IMG/VR virus record: IMGVR_UViG_3300027816_000069
Span: 32,001-96,000 of that record
Source: a virus
DNA length: 64,000 bases
Strand: one strand, 5' to 3'
The notes beneath the pieces were generated by a model. It had not been told where the DNA came from. It made no database searches and worked only from the letters and a program-made list of their open reading frames with translations. This document shows positions 17,084 through 28,043 of this stretch, piece after piece; the first letter of the stretch is position 1, and each line of letters starts with the position of its first letter. The position numbers and the translations under genes are program-made.

Positions 17084-17311
17084 ATGAGGCCGACACCAAT
17101 CGGACGGTTTGCTGACACGCCCTCATACGAGGAGTTGCAGCGAGAGGTTGCCCGCCTGCGGCTCACCGACGAGGAGCGGGAGGCGATTGAGCGGCTGTGC
17201 GAGGCCGCCAATGACATAATCTACGATGACAGGACGGCCGGTGGAAGCCACTGGCAAGAGGACGAGGCGGCGGTTGCTGTGGCTCGCGGCCTGCTGGAGC
17301 GGACGAAGTGA
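17084..17311 (+). CDS. cassette protein 4 (LTDEERE family)
   Basis: GGAG RBS; paralogous to cassette 3. Confidence 0.75.
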   Translation: MRPTPIGRFADTPSYEELQREVARLRLTDEEREAIERLCEAANDIIYDDRTAGGSHWQEDEAAVAVARGLLERTK

Positions 17312-17420
17312 GAACTCTTCTTCACGGATGCAACTTGGTGGGACAAGTATCTATTATAGGCAACTAGCCTTTCTTATTCCTTTCTTATACGTTCGAATCG
17401 TATCATCCGTGCTGTTATGA
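17309..17420 (+). repeat. attC-like site 5 (divergent)
   Basis: TGAGAAC..CACGGATG / CATCCGTG..GTTATGA. Confidence 0.45.
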
Positions 17421-17908
17421 ATATACTACATCAGAAACTAGAAGATCATCGAGTTACTCCAGACGGCCAATATATTAAGGGTTGTAGCCATACTACAAAA
17501 GTGCTAAATCATAAGCACAGAAATTCTATAATCATAAAGGCCATTTGTGATTTGCGTAAGATAACTGATGAGTTTGATAGTATAGCCTGCTGTGGTATTA
17601 GTGGTTTGATGGTTGTTCCACAAATTGCTGAACTGCTGAATAAACATATTATTGTTATTCGTAAGAAAAACGAGGAATGTTATTCAAATTTTTTTATGGA
17701 AGGTGTTACTCCTTGGAGGTACATAATAATTGACGACCTTATTTGTTCTGGCAATACTTTTAGGCATATCACAAGCACTATCTCAAATGACTACCGCAAG
17801 GCTCAGTGTGTAGGACTCTATTGCTATATGCCAGAAGAATGTTCATATAATAAAGATAATATTAAAGAATTTGAACGAAGATTCCGTACTCAACTATTAA
17901 ACGTCTAA
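17417..17908 (+). CDS. type I phosphoribosyltransferase
   Basis: PRPP-binding YIIIDDLICSGNT; IRK motif. Confidence 0.8.
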   Translation: MNILHQKLEDHRVTPDGQYIKGCSHTTKVLNHKHRNSIIIKAICDLRKITDEFDSIACCGISGLMVVPQIAELLNKHIIVIRKKNEECYSNFFMEGVTPWRYIIIDDLICSGNTFRHITSTISNDYRKAQCVGLYCYMPEECSYNKDNIKEFERRFRTQLLNV

Positions 17909-17925
17909 AAGGGGGTCCGCATATC

Positions 17926-17969
17926 CTGCCAAAACGGCAGGGCGGCCGGCCGATCTGCCAAAATGGCAG
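17926..17969. repeat. tandem dyad repeat, copy 9
   Basis: CTGCCAAAACGGCAG-14nt-CTGCCAAAATGGCAG. Confidence 0.95.
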
Positions 17970-18063
17970 AAAAAATTTCCTCAATTCTGGCTGTTGACAA
18001 GACGATATCATAGTGTAGAATCAGTGCATCGGAACGAAGAACGCTATCACGAAAGGGTTGACA

Positions 18064-19011
18064 ATGCCTGCTGCTGTTGAAAAGATGATGTTTGTTGGTG
18101 CTACGCCTTGGCACGGTCTGGGCAATCAGTTGGATGAGGCTCCGTCGATTGGCGAGGCGATTACCGCTGCTGGTTTGGATTGGGAAGTTGGATTGAAGGA
18201 CTTGCAGACTGTGGACGGTGTGCCGGTGTCGCATCGTGCAACGTACCGCAAGACTGATGGTAGCATCCTTGGAGTTGTGGGTCCGCGATATACTCCGCTC
18301 CAGAATCAGGATGCGTTTGATTGGTTCCAGCCTTTTCTGGATGCTGGCGAGTGCAATCTGCATACCGCCGGTTCGCTCCATAGTGGTCAAAAGGTTTGGG
18401 TGCTTGCTCAACTCAACCGCGACAATAGCGAAATTGTCAAGGGTGATGAGGTCTGCAAGTTTATTCTGCTGAGTAATAGTCACGATGGAACAACGGCTAT
18501 TCGTGTCGGATATACCCCGATCCGCGTGGTCTGCGTGAATACGCTGGCTGCTGCTCATCACAACAAGGCTAGCAAACTGATTCGGATTCGTCACACTCGC
18601 TCCAGCAAAAATAATCTGGATAATGTGCGTGATATTATGGACAATATCAACGCTGAGTTTGAGGCTACTGCCGATCAGTTCCGGTTTCTTGCTAGCAAGA
18701 GTTTCAACCAGAATGATGTTCGTCGATATGTCAAGACGGTGCTGGGCATCGAAGGTACGCCGGATGGCGATATCAAGACTCGCACCCGGAATATCATGGA
18801 CGAAATTCTTGCACTAATCGAAGGTCCGAAGCAGAGTGCTGCTGGGGTTCGTGGAACTTACTGGGCCGCTTATAACGGTTACAATGAGTACCTGAATTAT
18901 AACAAGGGTCGCACGACCGATAATCGGCTCGACTCTCTCTGGTTCGGTCAAAATGCTAATGATAATCTCAAGGCACTGAATGTGGCTATGGAGTTTGCTA
19001 ACGCGGTCTGA
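18064..19011 (+). CDS. DUF932/DUF945 phage-plasmid protein
   Basis: TPWHGLG, AGLDWEV, NSHDG, TPIRVVCVNTL, GTYWAAYN. Confidence 0.85.
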   Translation: MPAAVEKMMFVGATPWHGLGNQLDEAPSIGEAITAAGLDWEVGLKDLQTVDGVPVSHRATYRKTDGSILGVVGPRYTPLQNQDAFDWFQPFLDAGECNLHTAGSLHSGQKVWVLAQLNRDNSEIVKGDEVCKFILLSNSHDGTTAIRVGYTPIRVVCVNTLAAAHHNKASKLIRIRHTRSSKNNLDNVRDIMDNINAEFEATADQFRFLASKSFNQNDVRRYVKTVLGIEGTPDGDIKTRTRNIMDEILALIEGPKQSAAGVRGTYWAAYNGYNEYLNYNKGRTTDNRLDSLWFGQNANDNLKALNVAMEFANAV

Positions 19012-19036
19012 TTCTTCCTTTCGTGGCGTGATCGAA

Positions 19037-19070
19037 GCCGCCGTAGGGGCAACCCTGCGGCGGTTTTTTG
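19037..19070 (+). terminator. intrinsic terminator
   Basis: GCCGCCGTAGGG-gcaa-CCCTGCGGCGG-TTTTTT. Confidence 0.85.
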
Positions 19071-19078
19071 TCAATAGG

Positions 19079-19122
19079 CTGCCAAAATGGCAGGGCGGCC
19101 GGCCGGAATGCCAAAATGGCAG
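19079..19122. repeat. tandem dyad repeat, copy 10
   Basis: CTGCCAAAATGGCAG-14nt-ATGCCAAAATGGCAG. Confidence 0.95.
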
Positions 19123-19272
19123 TCGATAGAGCATAAGATAGTATCATATTGCCTACTATTGTGGCACACCCCCATGAGCCGATATAATGGGTACGATGGT
19201 GATGGATAGGGTGGATGGGAGGAATATGTAGGATAATATAAATATTAAACCTTATAGAGAATACAGTAAAAC

Positions 19273-19322
19273 TGTCTCACCTTATCTAGCCGATTTGCTG
19301 CCGTTGCTGGTAGTCAGCGGAA
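19273..19322 (+). repeat. TGT...GTAGTCAGC motif, copy 3
   Basis: tgtctcaccttatc...gtagtcagcg. Confidence 0.65.
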
Positions 19323-19411
19323 AAGTGGTGGTCTTTACTATAGAGATTGACTGTGATAGTCAGGTGTGATATACTGCAAGGTGCGTCTTGTTATGCAGGA
19401 AAGGAAAGAAT

Positions 19412-19964
19412 ATGAAACTGGTCAAAGTATCTATTGAATTGGCAATTACTGATGATGTTTTTACTCCTAGGTTTGATAATGAGAAGATTGCTGATTATCT
19501 GAATAATAAATTGTATAATGAACCTGAATTCTTTGGGGGATTTGAGCCAGAAAACATTGTGGAAGTGAGGGAACTCCAATGATTACTGTTACTGATAAAA
19601 ATCGTGAAGATATTATTCGATCATATGCCCATAGACTATTAGATGATATGGATTGGGACTCTTTATACTCTTTTGCTTATGAGCAATTGGTTGAGAGTAA
19701 AAGTCTTATGGATAATATTCCTTTGGAAGATGAGATTAAAGATTACTATCCTGAATTGTTGGAGGAGATTAAATGAGATATATTGGGTGGCTAGGATGTT
19801 TGGGTTTTGCTCTAGTAGGATTATATCAACAGAGTGTTATAAACTCTATGGAACATAATACTGTGATTAGTGCTAAATTAAATGAACCCATTATACTCCA
19901 AGAGGGCGAGAAACTTATTAGGGTCAAAGCATCTACTGATACTAAAAAAGAAATAGTTAAGTAA
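19412..19964 (+). CDS. three small coupled hypothetical genes (19412-19582, 19579-19776, 19773-19964)
   Basis: ATGA-overlapped ORFs after promoter at 19347. Confidence 0.6.
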
Positions 19965-20292
19965 ATCTGATCATTTTGTATAAACTGGAGCGTATAGTAA
20001 AAACCTTGAGTCTGCCGATACCTGTGGTATGATGAGAGCAGTCACCACCACAGTTTATCTTATCTTGTGGCCGTTTTTTGTCAAGTTTCACAACAGGAGA
20101 ATTTTCTTAATGGCAATATTAATTGTTTGTGGATTCATTGTGGGAGTTATTCAAAGTGTGGATGACTAAGTAGTATATATTGTATTTATACTCTTATATA
20201 TATATATAACTGACCGGCCTGCATAATATATAATACCTATTCGGTGGTTTGTCAAGTGGTAAATTTTTTATCTTAACTAAAGGAGTAAGTTG

Positions 20293-20445
20293 ATGAGATA
20301 TTTAGTAGCACTGATACTAGTGTTTGGAATGGCTCAGTTTAGTTTCGGTGGTAACTGTGCCAATGGGATTTGTAAAAAGCCTTCTGTGGTCAAACCTGTG
20401 CGTCCCAAGACCATAGTCAGACCATTCTCAGGAGTCAGGAAGTAA
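20293..20445 (+). CDS. small secreted peptide with CANGIC motif
   Basis: AGGAG RBS; signal-like MRYLVALILVFGMAQFSFG; terminator follows. Confidence 0.65.
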   Translation: MRYLVALILVFGMAQFSFGGNCANGICKKPSVVKPVRPKTIVRPFSGVRK

Positions 20446-20453
20446 CAATTCAG

Positions 20454-20490
20454 AAGGGTGGTGGATGAAAGTCTGCCACCCTTTTGTTTT
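20454..20490 (+). terminator. intrinsic terminator
   Basis: AAGGGTGGTGGAT-gaaa-GTCTGCCACCCTTTT. Confidence 0.8.
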
Positions 20491-20623
20491 TTCTAAACTA
20501 TCCCGTTTGCCCAAGGTGACCGTAGTTAGCGACATTAAGAAAAATATTTTTTGGTCTGATGGTGGTATCACCTAGTATATGTTGTACTGAGCAGAGTACA
20601 AAAATTTTAGTAAATAATGAGAC

Positions 20624-20673
20624 TGTCTCGCCCAATCTTTGCCATTTGGTTTTGTTGGTTGTAGTCAGCGAAA
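20624..20673 (+). repeat. TGT...GTAGTCAGC motif, copy 4
   Basis: tgtctcgcccaatc...gtagtcagcg. Confidence 0.65.
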
Positions 20674-20914
20674 AATTATGATCTATTGTAAAATTAATCA
20701 GGAGGATATTAATAATAATAACTACTGGAATAAATTAGTAAATAGTCTACGGGCGAAATTATCTCAACAAAAAGATTTAACTAATAAAATTATAGTTATT
20801 AGGCTGCAAGAAATAAACAGAGACGACGATGCTATGATTCCTAAGTTGGAATTCAAAAATTCATAAGTTGTAATTATCTTTAATATCTCATATTATATAT
20901 TATAATGATGGGAT

Positions 20915-21571
20915 TTGTCTGACCCGATCCTGTCTGTTTGTTCAGGATGTTCACAGTCAGTCAAAAAGATACTTCTTATGCCACCTCTCATAACTTTAGA
21001 TAATAAATTATTAGTCAAAGATAATAAATTAGCCAACAGTTTAGATTGTTGTTGTGGTTGTGATGGACCAGTAAGATTATATCAGTGTGGGGGATTATAT
21101 TATTTAGGAAGTAGTCAGGGTAGATTAGGCACCTATGTTTCAATGGAACTAGTGGCCTATGATTGTAATGATAAAAGAGTTTTTTCTTGGAAAAAATGTA
21201 ATAATGATGTTCCTGGGGGTGGGATTGAAGCGGGTTCAACACGTTATCAGAATTACCCAGCAGGACCAGGATGTGGATTTATTCTCAAAGGAACTTTTAG
21301 TCAAAAAGAAAATTCTCCACCTATTACTGTTTATTATGGTGGTCAATATGGACAAGGTAATACAACAGGAGCAAATGGTCCCTTTCCAGGAAATATTGGT
21401 TGGCATATGATCAGAACAGTTACATGGGCTGATCTTAACTTTAATGGAGTAGATTTTTGTAGTGTTAATAATCCTCCCATCTGTCCCAACACTGGTTTAC
21501 CTTTCGTTAGTTTTAAAACCGACTGTGTAGTGGATTGGTGTTCTGAAGCACTAAAACCCCCAAAACCATAA
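20915..21571 (+). CDS. Cys/Gly-rich hypothetical protein
   Basis: LVKDNKLANSLDCCCGC; start uncertain. Confidence 0.6.
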   Translation: MSDPILSVCSGCSQSVKKILLMPPLITLDNKLLVKDNKLANSLDCCCGCDGPVRLYQCGGLYYLGSSQGRLGTYVSMELVAYDCNDKRVFSWKKCNNDVPGGGIEAGSTRYQNYPAGPGCGFILKGTFSQKENSPPITVYYGGQYGQGNTTGANGPFPGNIGWHMIRTVTWADLNFNGVDFCSVNNPPICPNTGLPFVSFKTDCVVDWCSEALKPPKP

Positions 21572-24500
21572 TTATGTTATTAGTAATTTTATTGGGTCAA
21601 TATGCCAACAAAATAAATAAGCCACTTTTCCCACCATTAGTAACTGATCCCACAAGTCGATCAATAATAATTATAGCAGGATTAATAATCTCACTCATAG
21701 TTTTATACAAAATCTTAAGAAAATTCAATGAACCATGATGATTCTTTGTTGTTGTGTTTGGCCCTTTATGCTATCATTTTCGCTTTTGTGGAATATGATT
21801 TATATAACTATTAACTTTCCCCTGCATAATTAAGAGAAATAGAAATGAACGAATTTCATAAGCCTTTTATCAAAAGTCTAGTAACAATTGCTGCTGTGGC
21901 ACTAGTTTCATGGTATTTTAGTGGCTATTTTGTTCAAAAATTCTATTTTCACTACTATAAAACCCCCTCTTTTACATCTTCTGAATTTCCAAAATCACAT
22001 AATATAACCTCTGAAGCAGCATATAACGAATAATTCACGGTAATATCAAGATATTTTTACTTATTGAATATACCGGTGGTAAAAAGTGGGGAAAATTAGC
22101 CATAAAGTCTGAATCTTTACCCCTCCCCTTGACGATACTCTTTCTTGTGGTATACTGGATCATGGTAGTAGGAGGAAGAAGTTTAATAATATGCGGGGAA
22201 AATGAGATTTTATGTATAAGAATGTGTTGCTAACTGATAGAGAAATTGCTCTACTCAAAAGGGTTGTTGGTGATTATCTTCATAAAAAATTAACTCCAGA
22301 ACGTCAAAATTTGACCATTATTCTGAATCGTCTCAGGGGTATTAAACCCACCAAAACTTATAATCAAACTATCAATTAGTGGAAATGAACCCACAAATCA
22401 AAAGAAATCAAATCTAATGAATATTAATCTAAATAAGCATGAAGTTGGCCTAATTCTTGACTCTCTTGAAAGTTATCAACTTAATATTGAGCATGGGAAT
22501 GAGAATGGCCATGAATATGTTTGGACTGAAGATGAAGTGGGGAATTTGGTCGATTATTTGAATGATACTCTGGAGAAAACAAATGAACAGAATAAAAATG
22601 ATTAAATGGAAACGTATTTGTGAATCCCGTTGTGCGATAGATTCTTGTTATGATTGGATTAACAACAATCTAACGGACAATAAACTTATTAAGGTTATTT
22701 CGGGCTTAGGTTGTAAAGAAGATGCAGAAGAAATAAGAAAGCACACCATCAGATACAATCATCAAAAACTAAAAGAACTGATGCGTCGTGGATTGAAAAG
22801 AAATTATTGTTAAAAACTATCATTTATGCACGTTAGCATTTATAATGACCGAAATTATACTTGTGTGGGATATACTTGTAGTAGGGAAGAACTTAGGGGT
22901 TTAGCCGATTTTATCAATAACTGTCTAGAGAAAAATAATGAGTAATGATAAAACTATCAAAATCAGTAAAAATGCGATGGAAGAAGATATTACAATTATT
23001 CTGCCCGATAAAAGTGAAATCATTATACAATATCGTTGTTATGATGATGATGAAAACGAGGCAACTCTAGATATTTGTTTTGAAAATCATATGAATATCG
23101 TTAATTGGGAGGATGACGATATGACTCCAGCAAAAGCATCTAAAGATATTCCAGAATTAATGCAAAATGTTAAACAATTAAGTATAACAAAATCTCAGAA
23201 TAGTTTATGGGAGAAAAATAATGAATAAATTAGTATTGTATTTTGATCCTATTGATATTGCTAATCTTGGGTTCAATTTTACACCATTTCCAGAATGTTT
23301 AATCTTTAACAATTGGGCTGATGCTGCTGATTGGTTTAAGCGTCATGATTTTATTTATAAAGAAGATTTTAAGTTGACAATTTTTACTATTGAAAGATTT
23401 GGAAAAACTCTTAATGGTAAATATATGTGGGGAAAGGCTTTTATATGAAAGTTTATGCTATAGTTTGTGAATATGGTGCTGCTAGTATTTATGAAGGAAT
23501 TGAAATGATTTGTAAAACCAAAGAGATTGCAGAGTCTTACTATAATAATTACGATTTTACTGGGCGACCATACTATATTGAAGAAATGGAAATTGTTAAT
23601 AAAATGTGGGAAAAGCCTAAGCCTAAGAAGAAAAAGGTTAAGAAATGATAACTATTCCACGCTGGGAATATTATCTACTTTATTTTATTGCGATTATGCA
23701 ATGTCTATTATTTATAGATAGAATATTTGGAACATAAAATGTGGCATTATAATTTAATTCAAGAAATCATAATGAACAATAAGTGGATAGAGGAAAATGG
23801 AGATAATTGGGCGGCTGGGCGAGTAGAGTGTGGTTATTCTGAAAGAGAATATTGGCTAACAAAAACAGAATATTGGCTAATAATAGATAAAAAAGATTGG
23901 AATAAGTTTGATGATTATCTTATAGGCTTAAATACAGACTCTTTACAAAGTTTAGATCAACTGATACAATCCAGTAGGTTGCCAATAATTCAATTTGGAA
24001 TAAAAGGAGAAAAGAAATGAACAAAAACGAAATCACCATCCAGAGTGACTCGTTTGATCTGTGCGACTGATGAGCAAAAGACTTTGGAGCATAAATAATG
24101 ATACTAGACGTTAATATCTCTGACCATTATAATTATGAACTATTTGATGCAAATGGTAACAGATTAGATTATGTTGTTAGGGCGGATACGGAAACTGGTC
24201 AAATAGAAAGATATGTATTAGATGAGTCTGGTAAACCACCTCGCACTATAGAGGAAAAACTTCTAACAGAAATAGTATTTGTTCCTTATCCTTTAAAGAC
24301 TATTAAACGTGATAACTATTTGGAGAATAACTAATGAAGTGGAATTTCCAAATTGTCAAGGCCCAACATTATCGTGAGATAGGTAATATTCCCGGTGTTG
24401 AACACGTCAGAAATAATTATAGAAAGAATGGGTGGAGATAATGAATAAATATGAAGAAGTCTTGAAAAGACTAAATAACTCAGTATACCTTACCGATATA

Positions 24501-26443
24501 ATCAACTCTATGAGTCTTGCTCGTAAGTGGTATGATAGTGGCGAAATTAGTTATGATGATTTTGCTAATCTACAAAATATTGGCGAAACAATGAAAAATA
24601 AGTGGCCTAACTAATGGACGATTTTTTTGTAACAGTTGGGTGTTTTATAGTAGAATGAATGTGATTGTAAATAGTGGGCTAGACATAGCAAATAAAATTA
24701 AAGAGGCCGCTGGTATTGATGTTGATTTATCAGAGTGGAAACTTAGGTATGGAGAAAAGAAATGAACAAAAACGAAATCACTGATGATAAAAAGGCTTCT
24801 TTGGAGTATAAATGTTAGATCAATGACTAATAAAATGTTTACTTATTCAAGTGATAATATCATAGAGATACAATCTTTGCCTGTTTTAAATCAACAAATC
24901 AAAACAGATGTAGAAAATCTCAAAAAACTTATAGAAGAAGGCGAAAAGGCTAAAAGAAAATTAGAAGTTTTGCAAAATGCCTGTAAGCATGAATATTTTT
25001 ATGACGAATCAGGATATCCCTATTATTATAGATATTGTTTAAGTTGTGGCAAATTTATGTATGCTATATAAACACTCAAACTACTAAATAAAATTGAAAA
25101 TGTTTTTAATTGGATTACTTACTGGCTGTTATATAACCGTGAGTTTATTTACTTTTTTATATGTAACATCTAACTGTATACTGGCAGGACGAGGCACTGA
25201 TTTGTTGTGGCGACCTTTTATTTATGGTCTATTATGGCCCATATTTCTGTTATTATTTTTTTTATTAAAAGGAAAGAAATGAAAGTTTATATTGTTATTG
25301 GTACAAGAGAAAATGTTTATCAGGATGAAATTGGTGGGCCTTTTGTATCTCATCCAGATAAAGAAATTGTAAGAGTATTTTTAAATGATGATAATGCAAG
25401 AAAGTTTGTGGCCGATAATAAATTATCTAAAGGTAAAAGAGAACGCTATGGTGATACTTCATACTATCGTAATGGATATTATGATCTTGAAGTTGAAGGT
25501 TGGGAAGTAGAATAACTATGGATTCAAAACCAGCACAATATTATCTTGATAAAGATAAACTGATTGATATTCAGATTGAAAATTGGAGTAATGGCAACAT
25601 AGTTGTTAGTATTTATAATGATCGAAATGATAATTGTGTGACCTATATTTGTAATAAAAAAGAACTAAAAGGTTTGGCCGATTTTATTAACAACTATTTG
25701 GAGAAAAATATGGAGAAGTAAAATGAATGAACTATACGATTATCTGATCTTATTAACCAAAACAGAAAATTGTCCTATTCAATCTGTTCATTACATTTTT
25801 CAATTTGGACCATTTGGCGAAAACTTTATGCTAATTACTATGAAAAGTGGCGAAGAAATTAAGTGTGATTTTTATGAATAAAGAAGATATTGACGATATT
25901 AAAACTGTATTAAATGAACAACTTGCTCTTATTCAAAGGCTTGGTAAGATGCCTATGTCTAGTTTGGTTAATCAGACTATTTATAATGAGATTCTAGACT
26001 GTAACAAGGTAATGATGGAGATAGTTTGTGGCCCGATTGGCGGAATTGAGAAATTAGTGGAAAGAACAAACGAAATGAAATTTACATACGTTGATGGAAA
26101 TAGAATAAAGCCAATACCTTACGATTTTGATGAATAATAATTCCAACGAAGAGACAAACTAACTAGAGAATATCCAGAATTGTACGATCAATGAGTCATC
26201 AAAACTAGTGGATATTAAAAAAGGAACCACACCAATGTTAGCACCTATTGCAAAAGTGAATAAGATTTTTTCTTTGAATTACAAAGACCAAGTTTTTGAT
26301 GTAATGTACAGAACGGGAAAACTTATAGATGGTGGTGAACGTAAATTTACAAAGATAACCCTAAACAGAATGCCTTTTCCGTCTATTTATAAAGATGGTC
26401 ATCTTGATGAAAAAGAAATAACACTAGTTTGTGAGGAGTTTAA

Positions 26444-26785
26444 ATGAATCTTTTAAGTGAAACAATTGATGTTCTTAATAATAGTGGTAAAACCCGATCT
26501 GACGTTAGATGGATCGGTTCTACTCATTATGGTTATTTTGATTGGGAGCATTTTGTTAAAATTGCTAATGTTGAATATGATGATGATGGTTATGGAGCAG
26601 CAAAAGTTGCTAGTCATTTGGTTATTGTTGGAGATGATTGGTGGCTTGAAAGACAAGAATATGATGGTAGTGAATGGTGGAGTTATAAAAGTTTACCAAC
26701 GAAACCACTAAATAAAATAGAACCAAATCGAGTTACTTATGGATATGATAGAACTCTTAGAGAGATGAACGAAAAACGAGAATGA
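26444..26785 (+). CDS. conserved phage hypothetical protein
   Basis: MNLL.ET..YDD.GYG..WWLER.EYDGSEWW. Confidence 0.75.
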   Translation: MNLLSETIDVLNNSGKTRSDVRWIGSTHYGYFDWEHFVKIANVEYDDDGYGAAKVASHLVIVGDDWWLERQEYDGSEWWSYKSLPTKPLNKIEPNRVTYGYDRTLREMNEKRE

Positions 26786-27414
26786 AAGAACACCAAAAAT
26801 ATACTGGTCAACATTTTATATTTCATCTGATGAAAGACGATAATCTGACCACAATATCTCTTAGTAGTAATTATGTTAATGCTCCTGCGGATAAATTTGA
26901 ACTAAAGGAGTTGGCAGATTTTATCTATGCCTCATTAGAAAATGACCAGAATCAGAGTAATTGAACTAGAGTATGATCTAATAGAAATTCATTATAATCC
27001 TATTCTAAAAAACAATCCTTATTTAGTGAGAATTTTTAGTTATAATAGTGACGAGCCGCAGGAAATTAGGATAGGCCAAAAACAATTCGGTGATCTATAC
27101 AAGTTTCTCAAGGAGAATAAATACATATGAATCTTATTCAGTGTTTTAGTAGTGTTGTTGGTCATAAAGAGGCTCAAGAACTTATAACCGATCTTAATCA
27201 AATGAAGTCGTCAAAGTCTGAAGATTTTTACATTAAATATGATGAATATCAAGATTATTCTACTGACGACAATTATTTAGTGATAGGGAATGTTACAAAA
27301 GAAGATTGGGATGAACTTGATTTGGAGAGTGATTTTATTGAAGGATTTGTTTAATGATTGATTTTATTCTAAATGAGTCAAAATAGGTCAGACTAACCCT
27401 TTTACGGAGATTTT

Positions 27415-27663
27415 ATGAAGAAATTGATTTTTTTGCTGTGTTTGATTTTTATCGGTTGTGATTCGCCCACTACATCTAACTCTCAGATTGATAAGATTCT
27501 GAGGGCTAAGAGTATTGTTAAAAGCATGGTTAAACATCCTGATACTTTGGTTTTTAAGGAATTTGAAACCAATGTTGTGGGAGATAATGTTAGTCTTACT
27601 TTTTCTTGTAAGAATGGTTTTGGTGTTCCAGAAACCCATACTGTGAATGTGTTGGTGGATTGA
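27415..27663 (+). CDS. putative lipoprotein
   Basis: MKKLIFLLCLIFIGC lipobox-like; KNGFG. Confidence 0.65.
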   Translation: MKKLIFLLCLIFIGCDSPTTSNSQIDKILRAKSIVKSMVKHPDTLVFKEFETNVVGDNVSLTFSCKNGFGVPETHTVNVLVD

Positions 27664-27749
27664 TTTTTTGTGAACTGAGGTATTGACAACTGCCGATAGA
27701 GTGATATACTACCGTTATGAGTTCTAAGCCTTGGAGATTGGAGACAAAC

Positions 27750-28043
27750 ATGAACGATGTTAATATTCCAGAAAATACTCTGATTAGTTACTACCGTGAC
27801 AAGCATGGTAATCCCCGTGGAGTTTTGGTGGCTGTTAAAAAGGGTCGTCATGGGAATTTTAATGTGGGATATGCTCAGTGCCGTAAGGGCGATAAGTTTA
27901 GCAAAAAGATGGGGCTAAAGATTGCTCTTGGGCGATCTTATTATGAGCATATGGATGCTTTGGATAATATGCCTCATAACTTGCGTAAGATGCTTCCATC
28001 CTTTATTAAGAGATGTGAACGATATTATAAGGTGTTTGTATGA
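27750..28043 (+). CDS. hypothetical protein
   Basis: GYAQC..GDKFSK.MG.KIA.GR; promoter at 27683. Confidence 0.7.
   Translation: MNDVNIPENTLISYYRDKHGNPRGVLVAVKKGRHGNFNVGYAQCRKGDKFSKKMGLKIALGRSYYEHMDALDNMPHNLRKMLPSFIKRCERYYKVFV

Larger units (their letters stand above)
16041..17420 (+). mobile_element. integron-like gene cassette array (attC cluster, no integrase in window)
   Basis: GC-rich island of 4 single-gene cassettes separated by AAC...GTT imperfect palindromes with an extrahelical base. Confidence 0.8.

Noticed and set aside
17905-18594. 229-aa minus-strand ORF
   Set aside because: Antisense shadow of the DUF932 gene
5945-19122. Dyad repeats as a CRISPR array
   Set aside because: Copies are 0.7-3.5 kb apart, inner spacers are 14 nt and similar to each other, and no cas genes are present
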